The position numbers and the translations under genes are program-made. A stretch of DNA of 64,000 nucleotides from Desulfomonilia bacterium. GTDB taxonomy: Bacteria > Desulfobacterota > Desulfomonilia > UBA1062. Location: contig CAXXDQ010000003.1 in assembly GCA_963664325.2 (NCBI GenBank), forward strand, positions 704,001-768,000, written 5' to 3'. Each line of letters opens with the position of its first letter. Positions within the stretch are counted from its first letter, which is position 1. Of this stretch, positions 27,513 to 37,655 are shown piece by piece. The notes under the pieces were generated by a model that saw only the letters and a program-made list of their open reading frames with translations, made no database searches and was not told the origin of the DNA.

Positions 27513-28526
27513 TTAACATATTCTCGGAACAAGCTCTCCTGTTGGCAGGTCTATTTCACGGAAGCCGCCGATAGCTGTTTTAAGAATGAGTTTCCCCCGG
27601 CCAGATGATTCGGCAACATTGCCGACTAAAACCGCATCCCTGCCGAATTGATTTGCTCTCATGATTTCAAGGATCATTCCGGCTGATTGTTCCGGACAGA
27701 ATACGGCGAATTTACCTTCATTCGCAAGATAGAGCACATCCAGACCGAGAATTTCACAGGCGCCCCTGACCTGTTCTTTAACAGGGAGCAGGGCTTCGTC
27801 AATTGTTATTGCAAGTCCTGACTGCTTGGCAATCTCGGCCAGAATGGCGCCCAGGCCGCCGCGTGTTGCGTCGCGCATGCAATGAACATCGGGGCATACA
27901 TTAAGTATTTCTTCGACAATGCCATTCAGCGGCGCAGAATCAGATAGGGTGCCTTCTTCAATACCCATTCCTTCACGTACGCTAAGTATTGCCGTTCCAT
28001 GATCGCCTATGGTGCCGTTTATGATAATACAATCTCCCGGCCTTATGCTGCTGACCCCGATCGGATTTTTATATGTGATTATTCCGATACCGGAAGTATT
28101 GATGAATATGCCGTCTGCAGCGCCTTTAGCAACAACCTTGGTATCACCGGTTACGATCTTAACTCCGGCCACCTCAGCAGCTTCGGCCATTGAGGAAATT
28201 ATTTTTTCCAGTTGATCCATCGGGAAGCCTTCTTCGATTATGAATCCTGTGCTAAGAAACAGCGGTTTTCCTCCGCACATTGCAATGTCGTTCACTGTTC
28301 CATGCACTGCCAGTGAGCCTATATTGCCTCCGGGAAAGAATATTGGCTGAACAACATACGAATCTGTGGAAAAGCAGAGTTTTGTTTTCATTATATCGAA
28401 AACCGCCCCGTCCTCCAGCCTTTCAAGGTAAACATTTCGGAACAGGGGGAGAAATCCTTCGCTTATAAGCTCATTGGATAAAAGACCGCCGCCGCCATGT
28501 TCCAGAAGTATTTTCTCATATTTCAT
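27513..28526 (-). CDS. hypE: Hydrogenase maturation protein HypE
   Basis: HGGGG, TDSYVV.P.FFPGG.IG, MRDATRGG, ANEGK, C-terminal PRIC. Confidence 0.97.
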   Translation of the reverse strand: MKYEKILLEHGGGGLLSNELISEGFLPLFRNVYLERLEDGAVFDIMKTKLCFSTDSYVVQPIFFPGGNIGSLAVHGTVNDIAMCGGKPLFLSTGFIIEEGFPMDQLEKIISSMAEAAEVAGVKIVTGDTKVVAKGAADGIFINTSGIGIITYKNPIGVSSIRPGDCIIINGTIGDHGTAILSVREGMGIEEGTLSDSAPLNGIVEEILNVCPDVHCMRDATRGGLGAILAEIAKQSGLAITIDEALLPVKEQVRGACEILGLDVLYLANEGKFAVFCPEQSAGMILEIMRANQFGRDAVLVGNVAESSGRGKLILKTAIGGFREIDLPTGELVPRIC

Positions 28527-28537
28527 TGTTATAACCT

Positions 28538-30841
28538 CTAACTCTTGATTAATTCCCTTTCAGCAGCATAAACCGCCTGTCCAAGCGCAATTCCACCGTC
28601 ATTAGTCGGGACAAGCCTGTGATGGCATACATCAAAACCGTTTTTCCTTAAATTATTTATAACACCTTCAAGTAATAATTTATTCTGAAAACATCCTCCG
28701 CTCAAGACTGTCCTGTTTAGACCATGTTCATCTCTTATTCTGACTGCGATTTCGGATACGGCATCTGCAAGTGCCAGATGGAAACCCATGCCAATGTCTG
28801 CTGCACTGACACCGGAAATAACGTCCTCAACTATTTTCCTGATAAGCTTTCTTATGTCAAATATGAAACCGTTATCATTCTTGACAATTTCATACCCATA
28901 AGGTTTTCCTTTGCCACCATTGGATACGGCCTCCAGCTCCATTGCCGCCTGGCCTTCGAAACTGACAGTCCTTCTTATGCCGGCAAGCGCTGAGACACCG
29001 TCAAAAAGCCTTCCCATGCTGGATGTAACAGGGCTGTTTATCCCTGTTGACATTATCTTATCAAGAACTCCTGCATTAATACCCTGTTGAACAAGTTTCA
29101 ATTTTTCAGAATAACCAATCCAGTCATCTCCGAAAGACTCTTTTAATAAACTTGCCGCAACCCTCCAGGGTTCATTAATCGCCTTTTCACCACCGGGCAG
29201 AACAAATGTTCCCAAATGACCGGCACGTAAAAAATCTTGTTCATCGGCAATAAGAAATTCTCCGCCCCAGACCGTGCCGTCTGTTCCATAACCTGTGCCG
29301 TCAAGGGCAATCCCGAGTACTTTACCTGATATGCTGTTTTCCGCCATGCAGCTGACAATATGCGCATGATGGTGCTGAATCCTGTAAACCGGCCTGTTCA
29401 TTGATTCGGCAATCTTTGTTGAGTAATATGCCGGGTGCATATCACAGGCAACAACATCGGGCCTGCATTCTGTCATCTCCTGCATTAGCTTGAGGTTTTC
29501 ATGATAAAAATCCCTTGCCTGAGGGGTTTCCATATCCCCAATATGAGGGCTTAGGTAGGCGGCATTGCCCTTAAGAACACAAATGGTTGATTTCATCTGA
29601 GGTCCCATTCCAAGAACTTTGGGATAGTCTTTTTTAAGCAGCACGGGCCTTGGCGCATAGCCCCTAGAGCGTCGCATAATGCGGGGAGAACCGGCTGCCA
29701 TGAATGAAATAGAGTCATCGCAGCGCACAAGTATATCGCGGTTGTGAACGAGAAAGTAATCGGCTATCCCTTTCAGACGTTCAAGAGCCTCCCTGTTTCC
29801 AGTACAGATTGGCTCATCTGTCTGGTTAGCGCTGGTCATAACCAGCGCCTCAAAACCTTCTTCGAATAGAAGGTAATGAAGCGGTGCATAAGGAAGCATG
29901 ACACCGAGGCGTGAAAGGCCTGGCGCAACCAGTGAAGAGAGGCCGGATGGTTTTTTCTCAAGAAGCACGATCGGTCTCTGATGAGACTTGAGCAGCAATT
30001 CTTCTTCACCGTTTATGTCTGCATAAATTCCGGCCAAGTCGATGTTCTTCACCATTATTGCAAGAGGCTTTTCCTCACGGTATTTGCGGCCCCTGAGCCT
30101 TGCAACTGCATCATCGTTCTTTGCATCAACGCACAGATGGAATCCGCCTATGCCCTTAACGGCTATTATCTGGCCCGCTTTCAACAGCTCGGCGGTTTTA
30201 CTGACAGGGTCCCCTTTTATTTCAGTACCGTCCGGCTGAAGCAGCTTTAGCCTGGGCCCGCAGACTTTGCATGCATTCGGTTCCGCATGGAATCTCCGGT
30301 TCATCGGGTCTTCGTATTCAGCCCTGCAATCGGGACAAAGCTCAAAACACGACATTGAAGTGTTTTTTCTGTCATATGGTATGTCCCTGATGATTGTAAG
30401 CCTCGGCCCGCAATCTGTGCAGTTGATAAACGGGTAGTGGAACCTTCTGTCATCTGTGTCAAAGAGTTCCTTGAGGCATTCCCTGCATGTGGCAATATCA
30501 GGAGTGATATGCACATTCGTTTCGCCTGAGGCATCGCTGGCTATAATCGTGAAATATTCTCCGCCGGCGGGAGTTATTTCAGTTTCTTCAAGAGAAGTTA
30601 TATCCGCAAGAGGCGGAAGCTCATGCCTTATTGAATCAAGGAAAGAAACAATTGAGGTATGGTCCCCTTCGACTTCGGCGATTACACCGTCGGTCCGGTT
30701 CTGCACATAACCGGTAAGGCTGTTACGGACGGCAAGCCTGTAAATGAACGGCCTGAATCCCACTCCCTGAACAATTCCTGAAAAATGGAATCTGACCCTT
30801 CTGATTTTATGTATTTTTCCTGTATGACTCAATCTGCTCAC
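28538..30841 (-). CDS. hypF: Carbamoyltransferase HypF
   Basis: GIVQGVGFRPF acylphosphatase domain, CxxC zinc fingers, KGIGGFHL, QHHHAH, DGTGYG, NDGGIALGQ. Confidence 0.97.
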   Translation of the reverse strand: MSRLSHTGKIHKIRRVRFHFSGIVQGVGFRPFIYRLAVRNSLTGYVQNRTDGVIAEVEGDHTSIVSFLDSIRHELPPLADITSLEETEITPAGGEYFTIIASDASGETNVHITPDIATCRECLKELFDTDDRRFHYPFINCTDCGPRLTIIRDIPYDRKNTSMSCFELCPDCRAEYEDPMNRRFHAEPNACKVCGPRLKLLQPDGTEIKGDPVSKTAELLKAGQIIAVKGIGGFHLCVDAKNDDAVARLRGRKYREEKPLAIMVKNIDLAGIYADINGEEELLLKSHQRPIVLLEKKPSGLSSLVAPGLSRLGVMLPYAPLHYLLFEEGFEALVMTSANQTDEPICTGNREALERLKGIADYFLVHNRDILVRCDDSISFMAAGSPRIMRRSRGYAPRPVLLKKDYPKVLGMGPQMKSTICVLKGNAAYLSPHIGDMETPQARDFYHENLKLMQEMTECRPDVVACDMHPAYYSTKIAESMNRPVYRIQHHHAHIVSCMAENSISGKVLGIALDGTGYGTDGTVWGGEFLIADEQDFLRAGHLGTFVLPGGEKAINEPWRVAASLLKESFGDDWIGYSEKLKLVQQGINAGVLDKIMSTGINSPVTSSMGRLFDGVSALAGIRRTVSFEGQAAMELEAVSNGGKGKPYGYEIVKNDNGFIFDIRKLIRKIVEDVISGVSAADIGMGFHLALADAVSEIAVRIRDEHGLNRTVLSGGCFQNKLLLEGVINNLRKNGFDVCHHRLVPTNDGGIALGQAVYAAERELIKS

Positions 30842-31469
30842 TCAGCCAGGCAAACCATGCCTGCAGGCCATCTCCTGTTTTACACGAGACTTCGAAGATC
30901 ACAAGGTCCTGGTTCAAACCCAGGGCATCCCGTTTTGCCTTTTCGAGATCGAAGCTGACATAGGGCATGAGATCCATTTTATTGATTATCAGTACTCTGG
31001 ATTCCTTAAACATAAGGGGGTACTTTGCAGGTTTGTCCGCTCCCTCCGGAGTGCTCAGAACCATTGCCTTGAAATTTTCTCCGACCTTGAATTCCGCAGG
31101 GCATACCAGGTTGCCGACGTTTTCCACGATCAGAAGGTCTATCTTGTCAAAGTTAAGGCCCGGGAATGCATCCCTTATCATGTTTCCGTCCAGATGGCAG
31201 GCACTGCCAGTATTTATCTGTACCGCCGGAATGCCAAGCGCGGCAACCCTGTCTGCATCGTACGTATCCTGAATATCGCCTTCTATGACAGCAATTCTAT
31301 ATTTATCCCTGAGTGCCAGAATTGTTTTTTCAACAAGGCTTGTCTTGCCCGCACCGGGGCCGCTCATGAGGTTGATAACGAATATCTTCTTTCCATCGAA
31401 CATTGTCCTGTTTTCCAGGGCGATTCGTTCATTGGCATCGAGGACGTTTCTTACTACCGATACTTTCAT
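30807..31469 (-). CDS. hypB: Hydrogenase nickel-incorporation GTPase HypB
   Basis: GPGAGKT, CHLD, ENVGNLVCPAEF, KYP, NKMDL. Confidence 0.97.
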   Translation of the reverse strand: MKVSVVRNVLDANERIALENRTMFDGKKIFVINLMSGPGAGKTSLVEKTILALRDKYRIAVIEGDIQDTYDADRVAALGIPAVQINTGSACHLDGNMIRDAFPGLNFDKIDLLIVENVGNLVCPAEFKVGENFKAMVLSTPEGADKPAKYPLMFKESRVLIINKMDLMPYVSFDLEKAKRDALGLNQDLVIFEVSCKTGDGLQAWFAWLSEQIESYRKNT

Positions 31470-31593
31470 TCTATTCCTCCAGTTATCTTTTTAAAAACCA
31501 GCTTTTAAACTGTTAAGTAAAACAGTGACTATATTTCTAGACCTTGGTCGGTATTGCCTTTCAGCTCATCAGCCTTACAATCTATCATCTGTT

Positions 31594-32682
31594 TTACCTG
31601 TACTTATAATAAGAGGCGCACGTTCCTTCTGCAGATACCATGCAGGGCCCAACAGGATTGACCGGCGTACATGCCTTGCCGAATAAAGGGCATTCAAGGG
31701 GTGTTTTTATCCCTTTCAGCATGTCTCCGCATGCGCAGCCTTTGACCTCCAGTGATTTGATTCGAGGTATATCGAAGCGTCTTAGCGTGTCAAATGAGCG
31801 GAAATCATCCCTGATAAAAAGTCCGCTTGCCGCAATATTTCCAAGCCCCCGCCATTCTGAATCGCCGATTTCAAAGACGGTATCAATGGCTTCCCTCGCT
31901 TTAGGATTGCCTTCCCAAACCACACCCCTTTTATATTGTATCGCCACATCCGGCCTGTTTTCCGCAATCTGTTCAAGGATCAGTAAAACGCCTTCAAGGA
32001 CGTCAACCGGCTCAAAACCGGTTATAACAGCAGGCCTTCCTGCTTCTGCTATAAATCTGTATGCCTCTGCGCCAAGCACAATGCTTACGTGGCCCGGGCA
32101 CATGAAACCGTCGATATTAAGACAGGGATCCGATGCGAGGGCCTTCATTGCCGGCGGGATTATCTTGTGAACCGACAGTACGCTTAGGTTTTCAATTGCT
32201 TTTTCTTTTGCCCGCATGATCATTGCCGCAATTGTCGGAGAGGTTGTTTCGAATCCTATTCCCATGAATACGACTTCTTTTTCCGGATTTGCCCCGGCAA
32301 TCCTCAGACAGTCAATCGTTGATGAAACAATGCGTATATCCGAGCCTTCAGCGCGCAGCTTCTGCAGGCTTGCGCCTGCCGTACCCGGTACCCTCATCAT
32401 GTCGCCGAATGTTGTGAAAATTACATCCTTTTGAGAAGCAAGCCAGATTGCCCTGTCAACATCCGAAATAGCCGTGACGCATACCGGGCAGCCAGGGCCC
32501 GATATCAGCCTGATATTCTCCGGCATCAGTTTTCTTATTCCATAGCGTCCGATTGCCTGTGTATGACTTCCGCAGACCTCCATGACAGTCACTGTTTTGT
32601 TTATACCTGCGGCAAGGACAGTTATCTTTTCCAAAATGGCCTTTGCCAGTTTCGGGTCGCGGTATTCGTCAATATATCTCAT
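31594..32682 (-). CDS. hypD: Hydrogenase formation protein HypD
   Basis: MEVCGSHT, GPGCPVC, GFETT, PGHVS, GPCMVSAEGTC. Confidence 0.97.
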   Translation of the reverse strand: MRYIDEYRDPKLAKAILEKITVLAAGINKTVTVMEVCGSHTQAIGRYGIRKLMPENIRLISGPGCPVCVTAISDVDRAIWLASQKDVIFTTFGDMMRVPGTAGASLQKLRAEGSDIRIVSSTIDCLRIAGANPEKEVVFMGIGFETTSPTIAAMIMRAKEKAIENLSVLSVHKIIPPAMKALASDPCLNIDGFMCPGHVSIVLGAEAYRFIAEAGRPAVITGFEPVDVLEGVLLILEQIAENRPDVAIQYKRGVVWEGNPKAREAIDTVFEIGDSEWRGLGNIAASGLFIRDDFRSFDTLRRFDIPRIKSLEVKGCACGDMLKGIKTPLECPLFGKACTPVNPVGPCMVSAEGTCASYYKYR

Positions 32683-32899
32683 TTTCGATAATCTCTTTTA
32701 AGGCCTCCAGGCTTTCCAGTGCAGACTCCTCATCCACCTTGTGCATGGCATATCCTGCGTGGGAAATCACATAATCCCCTAAGGCGACTTCTTCATCCAT
32801 AAGGTCGAGGCTGACCTCCCGTTTTGTACCGCCGATGTCTATAACGGCGAAGTTGTCTTCATCAATTGAAATGATTTTTCCCGGAAATGCGATGCACAT
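32669..32899 (-). CDS. hypC: Hydrogenase chaperone HypC
   Basis: N-terminal MCIAFPG, GDYVISHAGYA. Confidence 0.96.
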   Translation of the reverse strand: MCIAFPGKIISIDEDNFAVIDIGGTKREVSLDLMDEEVALGDYVISHAGYAMHKVDEESALESLEALKEIIENEIY

Positions 32900-32911
32900 A
32901 ATTAATATCTC

Positions 32912-33256
32912 CTATTCAACTTCCATCTCTATCAATTTTAGTTCTTCCGTTCCGCCTGAAAGCATGACCTCATTGCCTTTGCAAACCGGACAGACGGCCT
33001 CATAAGATTCTACCATAAAATCTTTTGTACAGCTCAGGCAATATATAAGCACAGGTTTTATGTCAAACTTAAGTTCGGCACCATGTGCCGGTGTGCCTTC
33101 AGACAGGACTTCGAAGGCAAAGGTGAGTGCAGATGGAACAACTGTGGAGGCCTTTCCGAAAGAGAGAGTTATACTTTTAACCTCACTGAAATTCTGCCTT
33201 GCAGCGTATTCTTCAACAATATCCAGGATTGACCGCACCAGTGACATCTCATGCAT
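32912..33256 (-). CDS. hypA: Hydrogenase nickel chaperone HypA
   Basis: MHEMSL N-terminus, two CxxC motifs. Confidence 0.96.
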   Translation of the reverse strand: MHEMSLVRSILDIVEEYAARQNFSEVKSITLSFGKASTVVPSALTFAFEVLSEGTPAHGAELKFDIKPVLIYCLSCTKDFMVESYEAVCPVCKGNEVMLSGGTEELKLIEMEVE

Positions 33257-33746
33257 TTTTTACCTCAGGCTTGATTCCGAGAGATTCTAGCTCCTTTATA
33301 AACAGGCTTTCCATGGCAGGCAAACGTTTCTTCAAATCAAGCGTCATTTCAAGGTTCATGTCCTTGAATTCCTTAGGTACAATACAAAGGAAAACCATCT
33401 CCGGAAGCTCTCCCATCATTTCAGCCTTGATCAGGACATCAGAAAACTTGACTTCATGCGCCGATGTAGGAGGCGGTACCATCGTCAGGAATTCCTCATG
33501 TGTAAACCTGTAGATCGAGCCTGGAGAATCATCGATTTTTATACAGTCGATTACAATCATTATGTCGCTTCGGTCGAATATATCAAGCAGGATATACCCC
33601 ATTACACCGCCGTCAATCAATTCGATGTTTTCAGGAAAAGAATATTTGTTCTCGACATATCTTACAAAATGGACGCCGAACCCTTCATCGGCAAGAAGAA
33701 TATTTCCAAGCCCTAGAATTGTAATCCTTTTCTTCTGCATTTTCAT
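33249..33746 (-). CDS. Hydrogenase maturation endopeptidase (HyaD/HybD/HupD family)
   Basis: GLGNILLADEGFG, IDGG, SAHE. Confidence 0.93.
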   Translation of the reverse strand: MKMQKKRITILGLGNILLADEGFGVHFVRYVENKYSFPENIELIDGGVMGYILLDIFDRSDIMIVIDCIKIDDSPGSIYRFTHEEFLTMVPPPTSAHEVKFSDVLIKAEMMGELPEMVFLCIVPKEFKDMNLEMTLDLKKRLPAMESLFIKELESLGIKPEVKNA

Positions 33747-33757
33747 CCAAATAGAAA

Positions 33758-33783
33758 GAAAGGAGGGAATTACCCCTCCTTTC
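33758..33783 (-). terminator. Intrinsic terminator between hydrogenase structural and maturation genes
   Basis: GAAAGGAGGG-AATTAC-CCCTCCTTTC with a T-rich tail on the minus strand. Confidence 0.7.
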
Positions 33784-33812
33784 CTGTGTATAAATCAAAG
33801 ACCTGGTTTAAA

Positions 33813-34469
33813 CTAGTGGTCGTTTTTCTTGAAAAGCCTTCCGCCCACCATTGATGACAGTGTGCCTTCCTTAATCACTGCATCATACCAGAAAGCCATA
33901 TAAATATGCACCGGTATGAAAAGGATGAACAGCCATGTGAAGATATGGTGCACATACCTGACGGTTGCCAGACCGCCCATCCATCCTGCCAGCGGCTTGA
34001 ATATTGAGGTGAAGCCTACGGAATAATTGTTCCCCATGAGAGCCAGGCCTGTAATAACAATTATAAGCCACATGACAATAAGCCCGCCGTATGCGAGTGA
34101 CTGGAGTGGTCCGTAAAGGTACTTGTGACCCGGTTTTTCTTCAGAGATAAATGCATAAAACTTTATCTGCTTCCAGAAATTAGGCCAGTCGGTCCAGGCA
34201 AGAAAGTCTTTCCAGTCCGCATGAAAGCGCGAGAAAAACATCATGTACACCCTCCACACTAGCAGGAATACAAGTACAATCCCGAAGAAGATGTGGATAT
34301 AACGGATGTTGCCCATCAGAAACTTGCTTATTGTTTCACCTTCTCCCACAGAAAACGGTTCTGCAATATAAAACCCTGTCGGGATAAGTATAAAGATGGA
34401 CAGCGCCATTAACCAGTGGTTAACCCTCATCGAGAGCGACCATTCTTTAACTGCTACTCTCGTATCCAT
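33813..34469 (-). CDS. [NiFe]-hydrogenase b-type cytochrome subunit
   Basis: RVNHW, RYIH, YGPLQSLAY, RYVHH…PVHIY heme-ligating His in four TM helices. Confidence 0.93.
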   Translation of the reverse strand: MDTRVAVKEWSLSMRVNHWLMALSIFILIPTGFYIAEPFSVGEGETISKFLMGNIRYIHIFFGIVLVFLLVWRVYMMFFSRFHADWKDFLAWTDWPNFWKQIKFYAFISEEKPGHKYLYGPLQSLAYGGLIVMWLIIVITGLALMGNNYSVGFTSIFKPLAGWMGGLATVRYVHHIFTWLFILFIPVHIYMAFWYDAVIKEGTLSSMVGGRLFKKNDH

Positions 34470-34480
34470 GTCTTTCTCCC

Positions 34481-36142
34481 TTATGCTACCTTGAATACTT
34501 TTACTTCATTAGTATCAGTGTCGATCAGGTGAACGGCGCACGCCATGCACGGGTCGAATGAATGTATCGTCCTGAGGATTTCGAGCGGCTGCTCGATGTT
34601 GGCAAGCTTGGTTCCGATGAGGGCTTCCTCGTAAGGACCTCTTTTGCCGTCCTTGTCTCTCGGAGAGCAGTTCCATGTTGACGGTACGATTGCCTGGTAG
34701 TTCTTTATCACCTGGTTTTCAATCTTTATCCAGTGGCCAAGCGCTCCGCGCGGCGGTTCTGTAAGGCCGCGGCCTTCACCTTCATCCGGCACATCGCAGC
34801 GTGTCCATGTCCTGGTGTCTCCTGAAGCCAGGCTTGCAATGAGTTCATTCACCCAGCCGTCTATTTTGTCGCCGACATATACGGTTTCAATACCCCTTGC
34901 AGCTGTTCTGCCAAGCGTTGAGAACAGTGCCGTTACAGGGATACCAGCAGTTTTCAGGGTATTGTCTATAAGCGGTTTGATCTCTTCGTGGTTTTGTGCG
35001 TATGCAACGACCATTCTTGCAAGCGGGCCGACTTCGTAGGGAGTATTGTCGAATCTCGGCGCCTTGCACCATGAGTATTTGCCTTCGCCATCGAGATTAC
35101 CGTTCTTATACCCGGTATAATCAGGATCAGTAGTTCCATTATATGGATGAGCGGCTTCGCCCTTATACCATGAGTGAATGACTTCCTCTGTAATCTTGCT
35201 TTCGTCGAGTACTATCGGGTTGGCTATATCAGCGGCCTTCACGAGACCCCTCGGGAAGAGAAGCTTGTTCTCTCCGTCATCAAGAGGGAACCCTCCATAT
35301 GCAAGATAATTTTTCACGCCTGCGCCGATGCCTGCGGCACCTTCATCCTTGTAATACGTGGCTGCAAGAAGGAGGTCGGGTATATAAGCGGTTTTCACGA
35401 AATTGTTGAGTTCATAAAGCCTGTATCTGTATGCGCCGATACGGTTTGCATCGAGGTCTGCACCGCAGGTTACGCCCCCTACTACGAGGGTCTGCGGGTG
35501 GGGGTTCTTGCCGCCGAATATCGCCATCATCTGCGCCCCGAGCTTTGAAACCTGGAGTGCATCAAGGTAATGCGATGTGATGACAAGGTTTGCCTCCGGC
35601 GGAAGTTTGTATGACGGGTTGCCCCAGTAAGCGTTTGCAAAAGGCCCGAGCCTGCCTGATTCAACAAACTTCTTCAGTCTCTTCTGGACAGCTTCATAAT
35701 GCGTGACAGAACAATTGTAAGGGTCGTCACTGTACGCACGCGCCATTTCAACCGCCTTCTTCGGATCCGCGGACAGGCATTTCGTAATATCAACCCAGTC
35801 AAGCCCGTGGAGGTGGTAGAAATGCATTACATGGTCATAAAGGTACTGAGCGCCGTGTATCAGGTTTCTTATGATTCTTGCATTTTTGGGCGGCTTTACC
35901 TTGAATGCGTCTTCGCATGCCTTGATGCTTGCCTCGTAATGGACATATGTACAAACTCCGCAGAAACGCTGAACTATCAGGCCGGCATCCCTCGGGTCAC
36001 GGCCCTTTAATATCTGCTCAATTCCGCGCCACAGCGTGATGCTGCTCCATGCGTCTTTAATGACATTATTTTCAACCTCGCACTCTATGCGAAGGTGGCC
36101 TTCAATCCTTGTAATCGGGTCAACGATTATTCTACTTCCCAT
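34481..36142 (-). CDS. Group 1 (1b-like) [NiFe]-hydrogenase large subunit
   Basis: DPITRIEGHL, QRFCGVCTYVH (L1), SFDPCMACAVH (L2, Cys not Sec) with cleavable C-terminal tail. Confidence 0.97.
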   Translation of the reverse strand: MGSRIIVDPITRIEGHLRIECEVENNVIKDAWSSITLWRGIEQILKGRDPRDAGLIVQRFCGVCTYVHYEASIKACEDAFKVKPPKNARIIRNLIHGAQYLYDHVMHFYHLHGLDWVDITKCLSADPKKAVEMARAYSDDPYNCSVTHYEAVQKRLKKFVESGRLGPFANAYWGNPSYKLPPEANLVITSHYLDALQVSKLGAQMMAIFGGKNPHPQTLVVGGVTCGADLDANRIGAYRYRLYELNNFVKTAYIPDLLLAATYYKDEGAAGIGAGVKNYLAYGGFPLDDGENKLLFPRGLVKAADIANPIVLDESKITEEVIHSWYKGEAAHPYNGTTDPDYTGYKNGNLDGEGKYSWCKAPRFDNTPYEVGPLARMVVAYAQNHEEIKPLIDNTLKTAGIPVTALFSTLGRTAARGIETVYVGDKIDGWVNELIASLASGDTRTWTRCDVPDEGEGRGLTEPPRGALGHWIKIENQVIKNYQAIVPSTWNCSPRDKDGKRGPYEEALIGTKLANIEQPLEILRTIHSFDPCMACAVHLIDTDTNEVKVFKVA

Positions 36143-36169
36143 AATTTATCCTCCAATGCCTTTTATCCG

Positions 36170-37387
36170 TTATTGAGCGCCATGCTCGTCTTTCTTGTCT
36201 TCAGCAACATTCTTGGGCTGACCATGTTTTTTTGCCAGTGTAATCCCTGCATGTGCGGCAACACCGACAACCGTTGCGCCTAGAAGACCCGCGCCGATAA
36301 GGTCGACCGGTGCCTCTACGCCGCCCAGACCGATTGGTTTATCATCGATGGGTTTTTCGAAAGGCGCCATTCTGTCCCAGAAAGCCGGCTCAGTGCAGCC
36401 GATGCAGCCATGCCCCGCCATTATCGGCCATGAGATGCCGTCATTGAAACGTGCTTTTGCGCAATTTGCATATGTGTACGGGCCCTTGCATCCGACTTTA
36501 TATAAGCACCAGCCTTTTAACTGGCCCTGATCGCCCCATTCCTCGACATACTCTCCTGCATCGTAATGAGGTCTTCTCTCACAGTAGTCATGTATGCGTT
36601 TCCCGTATCCGAACAGCGGCCGGCCTAAAGCATCACATGGAGGCAATCCCTTGAACAGCAGGAAATGAAGCAATGTGCCTACAAAATTAACCGGGTTCGG
36701 CGGGCAGCCTGCAATATTAACAGTGGATATGCCGATAACATCACTGATCTTCTTGGCATCGGTCGGATTTGGCTTTGCGGCCGGAATGCCGCCGGTTGAA
36801 GAACAGCTTCCTATGCAGATTGTAGCCATAGCGCTTCCGCAAACTTCCTTGGCAATTTCTGCGCCTGTTTTGCCTTTCGGTCCCAGCCTCATGAAGTCGC
36901 CGTTATGGCCGACAGGGATCGCACCTTCAACAACGCAAACATACTGCCCCTTGAAATTCTTTACGCAGTCTTCAAGGCATTTCTCAGCCTGATCCCCTGC
37001 TGCCGCCATTAGCGTTTCATGATACTGCAGGTCAATCGTGTCGAGTAAGATTGAATCAACATTCGGATAAGATGTTCTCAGGAAAGATTCGGAGCAGCCG
37101 GTGCATTCTGCGAAGTGAAGCCAGACTACCGGAAGTCTTCCAAGGTTTTCCGCAGCTTTTGCCACCATCGGTTTGAACATGGGTGGCAGCATAAGCGCTG
37201 CTGTCATTGCCGATGTCCATTTGAGGAAGTCCCTTCTGGATACGCCCCTTTCCTTCAGCTCTTCAGCCAGATTAAATCTTGCAGGCGGCAGGGAGGCGTC
37301 CATTTCCTCCATGTGCACACTGCACTGCTCCATGAGCTTTTCGTACTGCTCTTTTGCGTTACTGTTACAACCCTTTTTCCCTGCCAT
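36170..37387 (-). CDS. [NiFe]-hydrogenase small subunit, Tat-exported and membrane-anchored
   Basis: SRRDFLK Tat motif, ECTGCSES, GCPP, HDYC…CLYKVGCKGP…C…GHGCIGC, C-terminal TM containing His. Confidence 0.97.
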   Translation of the reverse strand: MAGKKGCNSNAKEQYEKLMEQCSVHMEEMDASLPPARFNLAEELKERGVSRRDFLKWTSAMTAALMLPPMFKPMVAKAAENLGRLPVVWLHFAECTGCSESFLRTSYPNVDSILLDTIDLQYHETLMAAAGDQAEKCLEDCVKNFKGQYVCVVEGAIPVGHNGDFMRLGPKGKTGAEIAKEVCGSAMATICIGSCSSTGGIPAAKPNPTDAKKISDVIGISTVNIAGCPPNPVNFVGTLLHFLLFKGLPPCDALGRPLFGYGKRIHDYCERRPHYDAGEYVEEWGDQGQLKGWCLYKVGCKGPYTYANCAKARFNDGISWPIMAGHGCIGCTEPAFWDRMAPFEKPIDDKPIGLGGVEAPVDLIGAGLLGATVVGVAAHAGITLAKKHGQPKNVAEDKKDEHGAQ

Positions 37388-37655
37388 ACCTTAACCCCCT
37401 CTTAGTTATTAGGTATCTTTATAATGAATTATAAAAAAGACATAAGCAGGGTTTTAAATCAAGAAAAATATTGAATCAGTATTTCTTATGGAATATCAAC
37501 TAGATAATTATATATGATTGTATCAGATTAAATAACAATGAAGATAGCGTTTGAACGTGGTGTTTTCTGTTATCTGAAAACAAATCATACAATTCTTGTT
37601 AAAAAGTGGAGGCTCATTGAAGCTTGACTTGGTTGTTCAAGTACCATAGGGTTTG

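Noticed and set aside
31520-31580. Hammerhead-like core (CTGATGAG…GAAA, minus strand) between hypD and hypB
   Set aside because: No stem II between CTGATGA and GAAA and no stems I or III could be formed.
34520-34570. Possible selenocysteine [NiFeSe] hydrogenase
   Set aside because: The L2 motif is DPCMAC with Cys codons and no in-frame TGA.
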